Assembly: GCA_963717505.1 (NCBI GenBank)
Contig: OY970342.1
Location: 2,720,001-2,784,000, forward strand
Length of the DNA: 64,000 nucleotides
Reading direction: 5' to 3'
Source of the DNA: Candidatus Eiseniibacteriota bacterium
GTDB lineage: Bacteria; Eisenbacteria; RBG-16-71-46
Part shown: piece by piece, positions 41,223-50,245 of the stretch
How the letters are laid out: every line of letters begins with the position of its first letter
Numbering within the stretch: the first letter of the stretch is position 1
Translations under genes and position numbers: made by a program
The notes under the pieces: generated by a model
Database searches by the model: none
The model's input: the letters and a program-made list of their open reading frames with translations, nothing else
What the model was told of the DNA's origin: nothing

Positions 41223-41933
41223 ATGATCGACACGCTCGTCAAGAGCCTCTCCAGCTACGCCGGCGACATCGACCGGCTGTTCCTGCTGGTCACGATCCTG
41301 GTCGGGTTCTGGTTCATCCTGGCCGAGATCATGTTCTTCTGGCTGATCTTCCGTTTCCGGGCCAAGCCGGGGGTGCCGGCCCTGTACCTGTCCGACAAGG
41401 ACAAGACGGTCAAGCGCTGGATCAACATTCCGCACTGGCTGATCATCGGCTGCGACGTCGTGATCATCGCCGCCGCGATCAAGGTCTGGACCTACGTCAA
41501 GCAGACGCTGCCGCCGGCCGACGCGACGATTCGCGTGACCGGCCAGCAATGGGTGTGGACGTTCGAGCATCCCGGTCCCGACGGAAAGCTGGACACCGCC
41601 GACGACATCGCGATCAGCGACGAGCTGCACGTCGAGGTCGGCAAGACCTACCACTTCCTGCTCGAGTCGAAGGACGTCCTGCACAGCTTCTCGGTGCCGG
41701 TATTCCGGCTCAAGCAGGACGCGGTTCCCGGGCGGACGATCACCGGCTGGTTCAAGCCGACCGGGCCGGGAACCCACGACATCCAGTGTGCGGAAATGTG
41801 CGGCATCGGCCACGGCGTCATGATGGGCCGGATCTTCCTCGAGACGCCGGAGCAGCACGCAGCCTGGGTGCAGAAGCACGCGCCCCCGGCGCTGGCCGCG
41901 GCTCCGGACACCCTCCCACAGGCGGTGCATTGA
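41223..41933 (+). CDS. coxB: heme-copper oxidase subunit II (CuA)
   Basis: Two TM helices, GQQWVWTF, DVLHSF, KQDAVPG, CAEMCGIGHGVM. Confidence 0.93.
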   Translation: MIDTLVKSLSSYAGDIDRLFLLVTILVGFWFILAEIMFFWLIFRFRAKPGVPALYLSDKDKTVKRWINIPHWLIIGCDVVIIAAAIKVWTYVKQTLPPADATIRVTGQQWVWTFEHPGPDGKLDTADDIAISDELHVEVGKTYHFLLESKDVLHSFSVPVFRLKQDAVPGRTITGWFKPTGPGTHDIQCAEMCGIGHGVMMGRIFLETPEQHAAWVQKHAPPALAAAPDTLPQAVH

Positions 41934-43660
41934 TGGCGCAACACGCGAGCGGCGACGCCCACGCGGCTACGGCCGATCACGGCCACGGCGGCGGGCACGG
42001 GCACGCGAAACAGTCCTTCTTCCACAAGTACCTGTGGTCGACCGACCACAAGATCATCGCCTTCCAGTACCTGTTCACCGGGCTGGCGATGGGGCTGGTC
42101 GGCGCGTTCATGGCGTACGTGTTCCGCATGCAGCTCGCGTTCCCCGGCCAGCCGGTGCCGTTCTGGGGCGTCGTGTCGCCCGGCGAGTACAACGCGCTGG
42201 TCACCAACCACGGCAGCATCATGATCTTCTGGGTCGCGATGCCGGTGCTGGTCGCGGCATTTGGCAACTTCCTGATCCCGTTGATGGTCGGCTGTGACGA
42301 CATGGTGTTCCCGCGCATCAACCGGCTCAGCTATCAGATCTTCCTGTTGAGCGCGATCCTGATCATCGCCTCGTTGTTCGTGAAGGGCGGCGGCTTCGGC
42401 GGCGCCTGGACCGCGTACCCGCCGCTGTCGGCCGGCGGCAAGTTCAACCTGACACCTGCGGGCTCGACCATGTGGCTGATCGCGGTCGCCCTCGAATTCG
42501 TCGCCTTCCTGCTCGGCGGCATCAATTTCATCACCACCGCGATGAACTCACGGGCCCCGGGCATGAAGGCGCTCGACGTCCCGATCGTAGTCTGGTGCAT
42601 CGTCATCGCCAGCCTGTTGTTCATGGGCTCGGTCGGCCCGCTGATCGCCGGCGCGGTCATGCTGGTGTTCGACCAGCTGATCGGCACCGGGTTCTACGAT
42701 CCCTCTCGCGGCGGCGATCCGATCCTGTGGCAGCACCTGTTCTGGTTCTTCGGCCACCCCGAAGTCTACGTCGTGCTGCTGCCGGCCTTGGGCATCGTCG
42801 CCGACGTCATGGTGGTGTTCTCGCGCAAGAAACTGTTCGGCTACAAGCTGATCCTGCTCACGATCATCGCGACCGCGGTGCTCAGTTTCTTCGTCTGGGC
42901 CCACCACCAGTTCATCGCTGGCATCGATCCGCGCATGGCCAATGTGTTCACTGCGACCACGGTCATCATCTCGATTCCGATCGCCGAGATGTGCTTCCTG
43001 TACATCGCTACCCTGTACGGCGGCTCGATTCGACTGACCACGCCGATGCTCTGGGCGCTGGCGTTCATCGCCGAGTTCCTGATCGGTGGCGTCACCGGCA
43101 TCTACCTGGGGGCCAGCGGCGCCGACATCTACCTGCACGACACCTACTTCGTCGTCGCCCACTTCCACTACACGTTCTTCCCGATAGCGATCATCGGCAC
43201 GTTCTGCGGGCTGACCTTCTGGTTCCCGAAGATGTTCGGCAAGATGATGAACGACGGCCTGGGCAAGATCCATTTCTGGGGCACGATCATTCCGTTCAAC
43301 CTGATCTTCATTCCCCTGTTCTTCACGGGTGCTGCCGGCGACCATCGGCGGATCTTCGACTACACCAACTTCCCCGAGCTGTCGACGCCCTGGCTGCAGG
43401 GGCTGCGGATGACCGCGACCATCTCGCTGGTGGTCATGCTGCTGTTCCAGTTCGTGTTCTTCTACAACTTCATCGTCAGCCTGATCCGCGGTCGCAAGGC
43501 CGAGAAGAACCCGTGGCAGTCCAATACGCTCGAGTGGACGGCGGAGTCCCCGCCGCCTCATGGCAACTTCGAGACCATGCCGACCGTCTACCGCGGGCCC
43601 TACGAATACAGCGCGCCCGGCCGGTCGACCGACTTCTGGCCGCAGAACGAGAAGGCGTAG
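41933..43660 (+). CDS. coxA: heme-copper oxidase subunit I (A-family-like)
   Basis: STDHK, NHGSIMIF, DMVFPRIN, WTAYPPLS, WFFGHPEVY, WAHHQF, HDTYFVVAHFHY, HRRI; ATG at 41933. Confidence 0.95.
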   Translation: MAQHASGDAHAATADHGHGGGHGHAKQSFFHKYLWSTDHKIIAFQYLFTGLAMGLVGAFMAYVFRMQLAFPGQPVPFWGVVSPGEYNALVTNHGSIMIFWVAMPVLVAAFGNFLIPLMVGCDDMVFPRINRLSYQIFLLSAILIIASLFVKGGGFGGAWTAYPPLSAGGKFNLTPAGSTMWLIAVALEFVAFLLGGINFITTAMNSRAPGMKALDVPIVVWCIVIASLLFMGSVGPLIAGAVMLVFDQLIGTGFYDPSRGGDPILWQHLFWFFGHPEVYVVLLPALGIVADVMVVFSRKKLFGYKLILLTIIATAVLSFFVWAHHQFIAGIDPRMANVFTATTVIISIPIAEMCFLYIATLYGGSIRLTTPMLWALAFIAEFLIGGVTGIYLGASGADIYLHDTYFVVAHFHYTFFPIAIIGTFCGLTFWFPKMFGKMMNDGLGKIHFWGTIIPFNLIFIPLFFTGAAGDHRRIFDYTNFPELSTPWLQGLRMTATISLVVMLLFQFVFFYNFIVSLIRGRKAEKNPWQSNTLEWTAESPPPHGNFETMPTVYRGPYEYSAPGRSTDFWPQNEKA

Positions 43661-43666
43661 GGGCCC

Positions 43667-44239
43667 GTGGAAAAGACGATTGCCGCCCAGCGCAGCGCGA
43701 TGAACATCCCGACCGGACGGTTGGGAGTGTGGTGGGTGCTGGTCTCCGAAATCGTGATCTTCGGCGGGATTCTCGTCTCCTACATCATGCATCGGCTCGC
43801 GCATCCGGAGTGGGGGCACCAGGCGGCGAACACCAACATGTGGATCGGTGCGTTCAACACGCTGGTGCTGTTGACCTCGAGCCTGTCGGCAGTGCTCGCC
43901 CACCAGGCGGCCGAGGCGGGCAATGGCAAGAAGGCGGCCAAACTCCTGCTGGCAACCGTCGGCGGCGGCGCGATATTCCTGATCGTCAAGTCGTACGAAT
44001 GGACCACGGAGATCATGCACGGCTTCACCATCACTTCGAGCGGCTTCTGGTCCTACTACTACACCGCGGCCGGCCTGCACGCGTTCCACGTCGCCGCCGG
44101 GATGTGCGTCATGCTCTGGGTCGCGAGCACGGCGTGGAAGAACCAGGAGCTGCATCGCGTCGAGAACGTGGGCATCTACTGGCACTTCGTCGACATCGTC
44201 TGGATCTTCCTGTTCCCCTTGCTGTACATCGCCAAGTAG
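43667..44239 (+). CDS. coxC: heme-copper oxidase subunit III (short form)
   Basis: SEIVIFG, NTLVLLTSS, GLHAFHV, YWHFVDIVWIFLFPLLY. Confidence 0.9.
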   Translation: MEKTIAAQRSAMNIPTGRLGVWWVLVSEIVIFGGILVSYIMHRLAHPEWGHQAANTNMWIGAFNTLVLLTSSLSAVLAHQAAEAGNGKKAAKLLLATVGGGAIFLIVKSYEWTTEIMHGFTITSSGFWSYYYTAAGLHAFHVAAGMCVMLWVASTAWKNQELHRVENVGIYWHFVDIVWIFLFPLLYIAK

Positions 44240-44249
44240 GGACGAACGC

Positions 44250-44738
44250 ATGAGCGCACACGCCGCCTCGCACGCATCGGGTCACGGACACCACCGGAAC
44301 TACGTGCGGATCTGGATGATCCTGGTCGGGCTGCTGGTGGTCAGCGTGGTCGGACCGATGTTCGGCATCCGGGTGCTGACGCTGATCACCGCGTTCGGTG
44401 TCGCGTTGGTCAAGGCCTACATGGTGGCGAAGAACTTCATGCACTTGGACATCGAGAAGCCGATCGTCGGCTGGATGCTGGCGATCGCGCTGACGTTCAT
44501 GGTGCTCATGTTCTCGGGGATCGCGCCGGACGTCATGAAGTCCCAGGGCCGCTCGTGGCAGAAGGGCCCGGGCTTTCACCCGGTGGAGAAGGTCGGGCAC
44601 GAGTCCGACGGACACGGAGCCGCCGGGGCCTCCGGGACCACAGAGCACGGAGGCGCGACCACCGGCACCGGAAGTTCGAAACACGGGAGCACGGGTGCTG
44701 CGACGGGAGACTCGAGTGGGAGCAGCAGCGGCCACTGA
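44250..44738 (+). CDS. cytochrome c oxidase subunit IV family protein with His/Gly/Ser-rich tail
   Basis: VKAYMVAKNFMHL motif, three TM helices. Confidence 0.8.
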   Translation: MSAHAASHASGHGHHRNYVRIWMILVGLLVVSVVGPMFGIRVLTLITAFGVALVKAYMVAKNFMHLDIEKPIVGWMLAIALTFMVLMFSGIAPDVMKSQGRSWQKGPGFHPVEKVGHESDGHGAAGASGTTEHGGATTGTGSSKHGSTGAATGDSSGSSSGH

Positions 44739-45309
44739 CGGCGGCACGGTCGCCCGCCGCACGCGCATCGCCGAGGACGGCGTCTTCGGCATGGCGCTGT
44801 TCGTGTTCGTCGAGGTCATGCTGTTCGCCGGGTTCATCTCGGCGTTCGTCGTGGTCGAGAACACGGCCCTGCCCGGCATGTGGCCGCCGCCGGGGCAGCC
44901 GCGCCTGCCGGTCGCGACCACCGCGTTCAACACCCTGGCTCTGTTCGCCAGCGGGGTCTTTCTGTTCCTGTCGCAACGCGCGTTTCAGCGGGGAGCGCAG
45001 GCGGTCGCCGCCCGCTGGCTGGGAATCGCGGTCCTGCTCGGCGCCTTCTTCGTCGGTTTCCAGGGGATCGAGTGGGCGCGCCTGCTGTCTCAGGGTCTGA
45101 CGCTGACCTCGAGTCAGCTCGGCGCCTTCTTCTACGTCATCGTGGGCGCCCATGCGCTCCATGCGGTCTCGGCGCTGGTACTGCTCGCACTGCAATGGCG
45201 GGCGCTCAAGGCGCAGCGGCTGACCCGCTCCGCGTTCGGGGCCGGCCAGCTGTTCTGGTACTTTGTGGTCCTGATATGGCCCGTCATCTACGTGCAGGTC
45301 TATCTCTAG
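44716..45309 (+). CDS. second subunit III-like protein
   Basis: FVEVMLFAGF, NTLAL, GFQGIEW, GAHALHA, FWYFVVLIWP. Confidence 0.85.
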   Translation: MGAAAATDGGTVARRTRIAEDGVFGMALFVFVEVMLFAGFISAFVVVENTALPGMWPPPGQPRLPVATTAFNTLALFASGVFLFLSQRAFQRGAQAVAARWLGIAVLLGAFFVGFQGIEWARLLSQGLTLTSSQLGAFFYVIVGAHALHAVSALVLLALQWRALKAQRLTRSAFGAGQLFWYFVVLIWPVIYVQVYL

Positions 45310-45323
45310 CTCGATCTCTGGCG

Positions 45324-45581
45324 GTGGTTGCCACGGTGCTGCTGCCCGCGGCTGCCCATGCCTGTGCGGTGTGTGGCGCCGGTCTGCAGGATCGAAGCGC
45401 GAACGCCTTCGTCGGGATCACGGCCCTCTTGTCCCTGCTGCCGATGGGAATGATCGGGGCCGGGCTATGGTGGACCCGCCGCAATCTGTGGTCGAGCCTG
45501 GGCGGGAATCCGGACGATCGAGCCTCCGACCCCGAAGACCACACGCCGCCCGAGCCGCCGAACGCCCAGCCGGGCGCGTGA
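45324..45581 (+). CDS. small CxxC membrane protein of the oxidase operon
   Basis: Signal-like segment AAAHA-CAVCG followed by one TM helix; start uncertain. Confidence 0.55.
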   Translation: MVATVLLPAAAHACAVCGAGLQDRSANAFVGITALLSLLPMGMIGAGLWWTRRNLWSSLGGNPDDRASDPEDHTPPEPPNAQPGA

Positions 45582-46234
45582 TGCGGATCCGACGTCGGGC
45601 GCGCAAGCCGCCCGCCATGTGGCTTCGCCTGGCATTGTTGGGCGCGGCTCTGGGAGTGGCGGCGTTCGCGACCGCGCGGCTCGTCGACCGCGAGAACCCC
45701 TCGGGGGCCGCCTCGGCCACCGACTGGAAGTCCGAGCCGTTCCCTGCGGACTACCCACGCGGCGAAGCCCCGTGCCCCGATTTTCAGCTGGTGGATCAGG
45801 CCGGAACGCCCTTCGGTCCGGCGCGATTGCGGGGCCGTCCCGCCGTCGTGGCGTTCGTCTTCTCGCACTGCCAGGCGATTTGTCCCGGCCTGGTGCACGA
45901 CGTGCGCGAGGCCGCTCGCGCCGTGGGACCCGACGCCGCCCAGCTGGTCCTGATCACGATCGATCCGGCGCGCGACTCGCCTGCGGTGCTGCCCAGGATC
46001 GCGAGCGAATGGCAGCTGGGTCCGTCGGAGTGGCTGCTCTCCGGGCCACCGTCCGAAGTCGAGCGTCTGCTCGACGCGTTCGACGTGGCCCGAGCCCCCG
46101 ACGCCCTGACCGGCGAGGTCGCCCACCCGCCGCTGGTCGTGATTCTCGATCCGCAGGGCCGGCAGGCGTATCGCTTGAATGCGCCGCCGATCGCGTGGAT
46201 CGCCGACGCCGTGCGCCGCAGTCGCACCCGCTAG
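45581..46234 (+). CDS. SCO family copper chaperone
   Basis: FQLVDQ, FSHCQAICP (CxxxC), ITIDPARDSP, conserved His in VAH. Confidence 0.88.
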   Translation: MRIRRRARKPPAMWLRLALLGAALGVAAFATARLVDRENPSGAASATDWKSEPFPADYPRGEAPCPDFQLVDQAGTPFGPARLRGRPAVVAFVFSHCQAICPGLVHDVREAARAVGPDAAQLVLITIDPARDSPAVLPRIASEWQLGPSEWLLSGPPSEVERLLDAFDVARAPDALTGEVAHPPLVVILDPQGRQAYRLNAPPIAWIADAVRRSRTR

Positions 46235-47293
46235 AGTCGGGTGCGGACCTCGCTCGCCGCGCGCCGGTCGGTGGTCAGCTCGACGTGCTTGCCCTGGATG
46301 AACGCCTCGCCTCTTCGACGTCTTCCCGGCTGCCGATGAACAGCGGCGTGCGCTCGTGGAGCGTGCCGGGGGCGATCTCCATGATGCGGCGCACGCCGTC
46401 GCTCGCCGCGCCGCCGGCCTGCTCGGCGATGAACGCGAGCGGCGCCGCCTCGTAGAGCACGCGCAGCTTGCCGCTGCGGGTTCTTGCGATCGCCGGGGTA
46501 GAGGAAGATGCCGCCGTAGAGCAGGTTGCGGTGGAAGTCGGCGACCAGCGAGCCGACGTAGCGCGCGCTGTAGGGCCGGCCGGTCGTCCGCGTCCTCCAT
46601 CTTGAGCCAGTCCACGTAGCGCTTGACGCCCGTCGTCCCAGCTGGACGTAGTTGCCCTCGTTGACGCTGTAGATGTGCCCGCGCGTCGGGGTGCGGATGT
46701 TGGGGTGCGAGAGCAGGAACTCGCCGACGCTCGGCTCGAACGTGAAGCCGTGGACGCCGTCGCCGGTGGTGTAGACCAGCATCGTGCTCGAGCCGTACAT
46801 CACGTAGCCGGCGCACAGCTGGCGGCGGCCGGCCTGCAGGCAGTCCTCGACCGTGCCGCTCCCCTTCTGCGTGATCCGCGGCAGGATCGAGAAGATCGTG
46901 CCGATGTTGACGTTGGCGTTGATGTTCGACGAGCCGTCGAGCGGGTCGAAGTTGACCACGTACTTGCCGATCGGCTGGCCACTCGGCGACCGGGATGATG
47001 TCCTCGTCCTCTTCGGAGGCCATCACCGCGAGCTGGCCGGTCGAGCCGAGCACGCGGTAGATGGTCGTCGTGCGCGAACACGGTCGAGCTTCTGCACCTT
47101 CTCGCCGTGGACGTTCTCGCCGCCGGTGTAGCCGAGCATGTCGACCAGGCCGGCGCGCGATCACCTCGCGGTTGATCATCTTGGCCGCGAGCGCGATGTC
47201 GTGCAGCACGCTGGTGAACTCGCCGCTGGCCTCGGGGTGGATGCGCTCCTGCTGCAGGATGAACTGCGACAGCGTGACGGCGCGGTCGGTCAT
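46231..47293 (-). CDS. fbp: class 1 fructose-1,6-bisphosphatase, frameshifted
   Basis: [74 protein letters not shown]. Confidence 0.93.
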
Positions 47294-47301
47294 GGCGTCC
47301 T

Positions 47302-48711
47302 CTAGTCCGAGAGTCCGGTCACGTCCTCGGGGCCGCTGCGCGGCGCCGACGCGGCCGCCGAGCGCCGGGAACGAGCCGGGAACGAACGGCGCGTGCTGCT
47401 CGGCCAGCGCGCGCGTGCCTGGCCACGTCGAGCTGCTCGAGCAGGAAGGTGAACTTCTCCTCGAGCGCGCGCGCCGATCGCCGTCGCGCGATCGGCGCCG
47501 GCATGCCCCACATCTCGCGCTTGAACAGGCCGAGCGCCTTCTTGCGCGTCTTGTAGAAGAACTGCTCGTCGGTGTCGCGTGGCCTTGCGCTCGTCGGCGG
47601 CTGCGGTGCGCAGGCGTCTCGTAGATCGCGCGCTTGAGGTCGGCGGGGAACGCCGGGTGGTCGAAGAGCATGTTCTGGAACTCGGTCGCCAGGTGGATCT
47701 CGCACGCGCCGAGCTTGGGGAAGCGGTCGAACAGCTCCGGCCGGCAGCGTCGAGGCGCCGTGCTGCACCGCGCCGGCCATGCCGTACTGCTCGCGCGCCA
47801 GCTTCGAGCAGCGTCTCGAGCGCGTCGAAGTCGATCTTGACCTGGGCGATCGAGCCGTCGGGCAGCGGCACGCCGCCGTGGCTGGTGCCGGTCTGGATCG
47901 AGATCTTGCTCATGCCGGCGGTACCGGGCGCGTGCTTGCTCGAGCGCCGCCCGGTAGACCGTCATGAACGCGTCGCAGCTCCTCGGGGGTCGAGTTCTTG
48001 CCGCCGACCTCGCCGATCTCGCCGCCGACCGAGACCGTGACGCCCTTGGGCTCGCGGCCGCGGATGAACGCGGTGATCTCGCGCGCACAGGTCGCCGTTC
48101 AGCCGCCTGCTGCGCCTCGTGGCCCGGCTTCGACAGATCGACCAGCGTCGAGGTGTCGACGTCGATGTTGTAGAAGCCGGCCTGGATCGCCTCGGCGGTC
48201 AGCTCCTGCGACCGGCTTGCAGCTCGGCGGTCGGATCGGTCGCGTACTTCTTGGCGTTGATCTGGAAGTGATCGCCCTGGATGAACACCGGGCCCTTCCA
48301 GCCCTCGCGCAGCGCCGCGGCCAGGACCACGAACGCGTACTCGGCGGGTCGCTGGTCGGTGTAGCTGATCTCGGAGCGCGCGATCTCGCAGATCACCGCC
48401 CCGGCGTCGAGCTGCCGGCGGGCGCGGAACAGGGCGCGGGCGGTGTCGTAGGCGACGCCGCGGATGTTGATCGCCGGCACCGTGAAGTCGGCCGGGGCCT
48501 CGCCGCGGCCGCGCGCGATGTAGAGACCGTGGATCGAGGCCGGGTAGATGCCGGCCGAGCGGCACTGGTCGAGCACGGCGGCGCGAGCGGCGTCGCGCAG
48601 CTCGGCGGCTCCGAACACGCCGGTCCACACCAGGCGATCCAGGGCTTCGGGGCTGCTCGACGCCAAGGCGGCGACCGCATGCGTGAGTTCCTGCGGGTTC
48701 TTGAGTTCCAT
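47302..48711 (-). CDS. class II fructose-bisphosphate aldolase family protein, frameshifted
   Basis: [72 protein letters not shown]. Confidence 0.85.
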
Positions 48712-48846
48712 GGGGGGAAGGCTCCTGGGCTCGGGACCTCGGCCGGGGTCGACGGGCGGGAGCGCAGACCCTGGACGGACGACTCCGGGCGAGTATAGCG
48801 CCCGAGGTTCCGAGCCGGCCAGCGGCGTCGACCGGGTCGCGGTCGC

Positions 48847-49495
48847 CTACATGCAGTATCCGGTGCAGCTCGTGAACGAGAACGTGCTGAGCGACACCTG
48901 GAGCATCAACGACAGGTCGGCCGGGCTCAGACTGCCGTCGAAATTGAAGTCCGAGCGCTCGAAGAAGGTTCCGCTGAAGCGAATCGGGCAGCCATACCGA
49001 CATGTCCACCGGGTTCACGCCGCCGACGCCGTTCTGGTCGAACGTCGCGACCTTGGCGGTCGAGATTCCGACGCCCTCCATCAAGATCCGAGCGCAGTTG
49101 AGCGGATGCCCGGGGGCCGCTCCGGTCGCGTTGTTGGAGCTGCCGACGATCGTGAACGCGACGCGGCCGGCGCCGTCGGTGACGCCGTAGACCCGGTGGT
49201 CACCGCAATCGATCGTTTCGGCCCCGGGCTGGACCGCGCAGATTCGAACGTCCGGCGCGCATTGCGCGAAGTCGATCTCGACGCGGACGTTCCGGATCGG
49301 CAGGCCGGCGGCGCCACGGACCACGACCTCGAATCTGCCGAACGGATCGGGAACGCCGAGCAGCGTGCCGACCAGGTGGATGCCGGGCGGCAGATCGCAT
49401 TGCGAAGGATCGGGAACATCGGCTGCGGCGAAGCGGGCGGGCAGGAGCAGGACCGCGGCCAGGGCAAACGCCCACCGTGACTGGAGTCGGAACAT
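48847..49495 (-). CDS. secreted protein with C-terminal dockerin/EF-hand-like pair, one frameshift near 48985
   Basis: Signal peptide MFRLQSRWAFALAAVLLLPARFAAA; DQNGVGGVNPVD and, after the frameshift, DFNFDGSLSPAD Ca-binding-like loops; several Cys. Confidence 0.65.
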
Positions 49496-49714
49496 TTCAG
49501 TCTCCGGAGGTTTTCAACAACGAAGTTTCAAAAGATGTGAGTGGCGATCCGGCAGGGGGCGCGCCATGGTAGGTGCATCGGCGACCGGAGGAAAGGGAAT
49601 TCTTCGCGACACCGAACGTGTCGGAGGCGGTTGACACCCTTCGGGATCCAGTCTTGAATCGCGCTTCGAGCGCCGTTTCATGCTACCTGACATCGGAGAA
49701 CCGCAGTCGTGCCC

Positions 49715-50223
49715 ATGGCCCCAACCGTCTGCCGCCTGCGCGTGAACGGCGATCTCCGCGAGTGCGCGGTCACGCCGCAACACGACGCTGCTCGAGGCGC
49801 TGCGCTACGGCCTCGGCCTGACCGGCTCCAAGCAGGGCTGCGACAAGGGCGACTGCGGCGCCTGCACCGTGGTGGTCGACGGCGAAGCCGATCCTGGCCT
49901 GCATCTCGCTGGCGCTGGCGTACCACGACGGGCCGGAGATCACCACCATCGAGGGCATCGCTCGCGAACGGCGTGCCGCATCCGCTCCAGGACGCCTTCG
50001 ACGTCACCGGCGGCGCCCAGTGCGGGTTCTGCACCCCGGGAATCCTGATGAGCGCGTGGGCGCTGCTGCGCGCGCAACCCGAGCCCGACGCGCGACGAGA
50101 TCGCGCGCGCGCTGTCGGGCAACCTGTGCCGCTGCACCGGCTACACGAAGATCTTCGAGGCGGTCGAGCTGGCGGCGCGCGAGCATGCGCGAGCGCGCGA
50201 GCACGGAGGCGAGCGGCGCGTGA
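49715..50223 (+). CDS. xanthine dehydrogenase-family (2Fe-2S) subunit (HcrC-like), frameshifted
   Basis: [31 protein letters not shown]. Confidence 0.9.
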
Positions 50224-50245
50224 GCCGGCCGGCGCGAGGCCGGCG

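Noticed and set aside
45284-49495. 1403-aa minus-strand ORF
   Set aside because: Accidental read-through joining pieces of the dockerin-like gene, aldolase, fbp and the antisense of SCO through frameshift errors in GC-rich DNA; not a real fusion.
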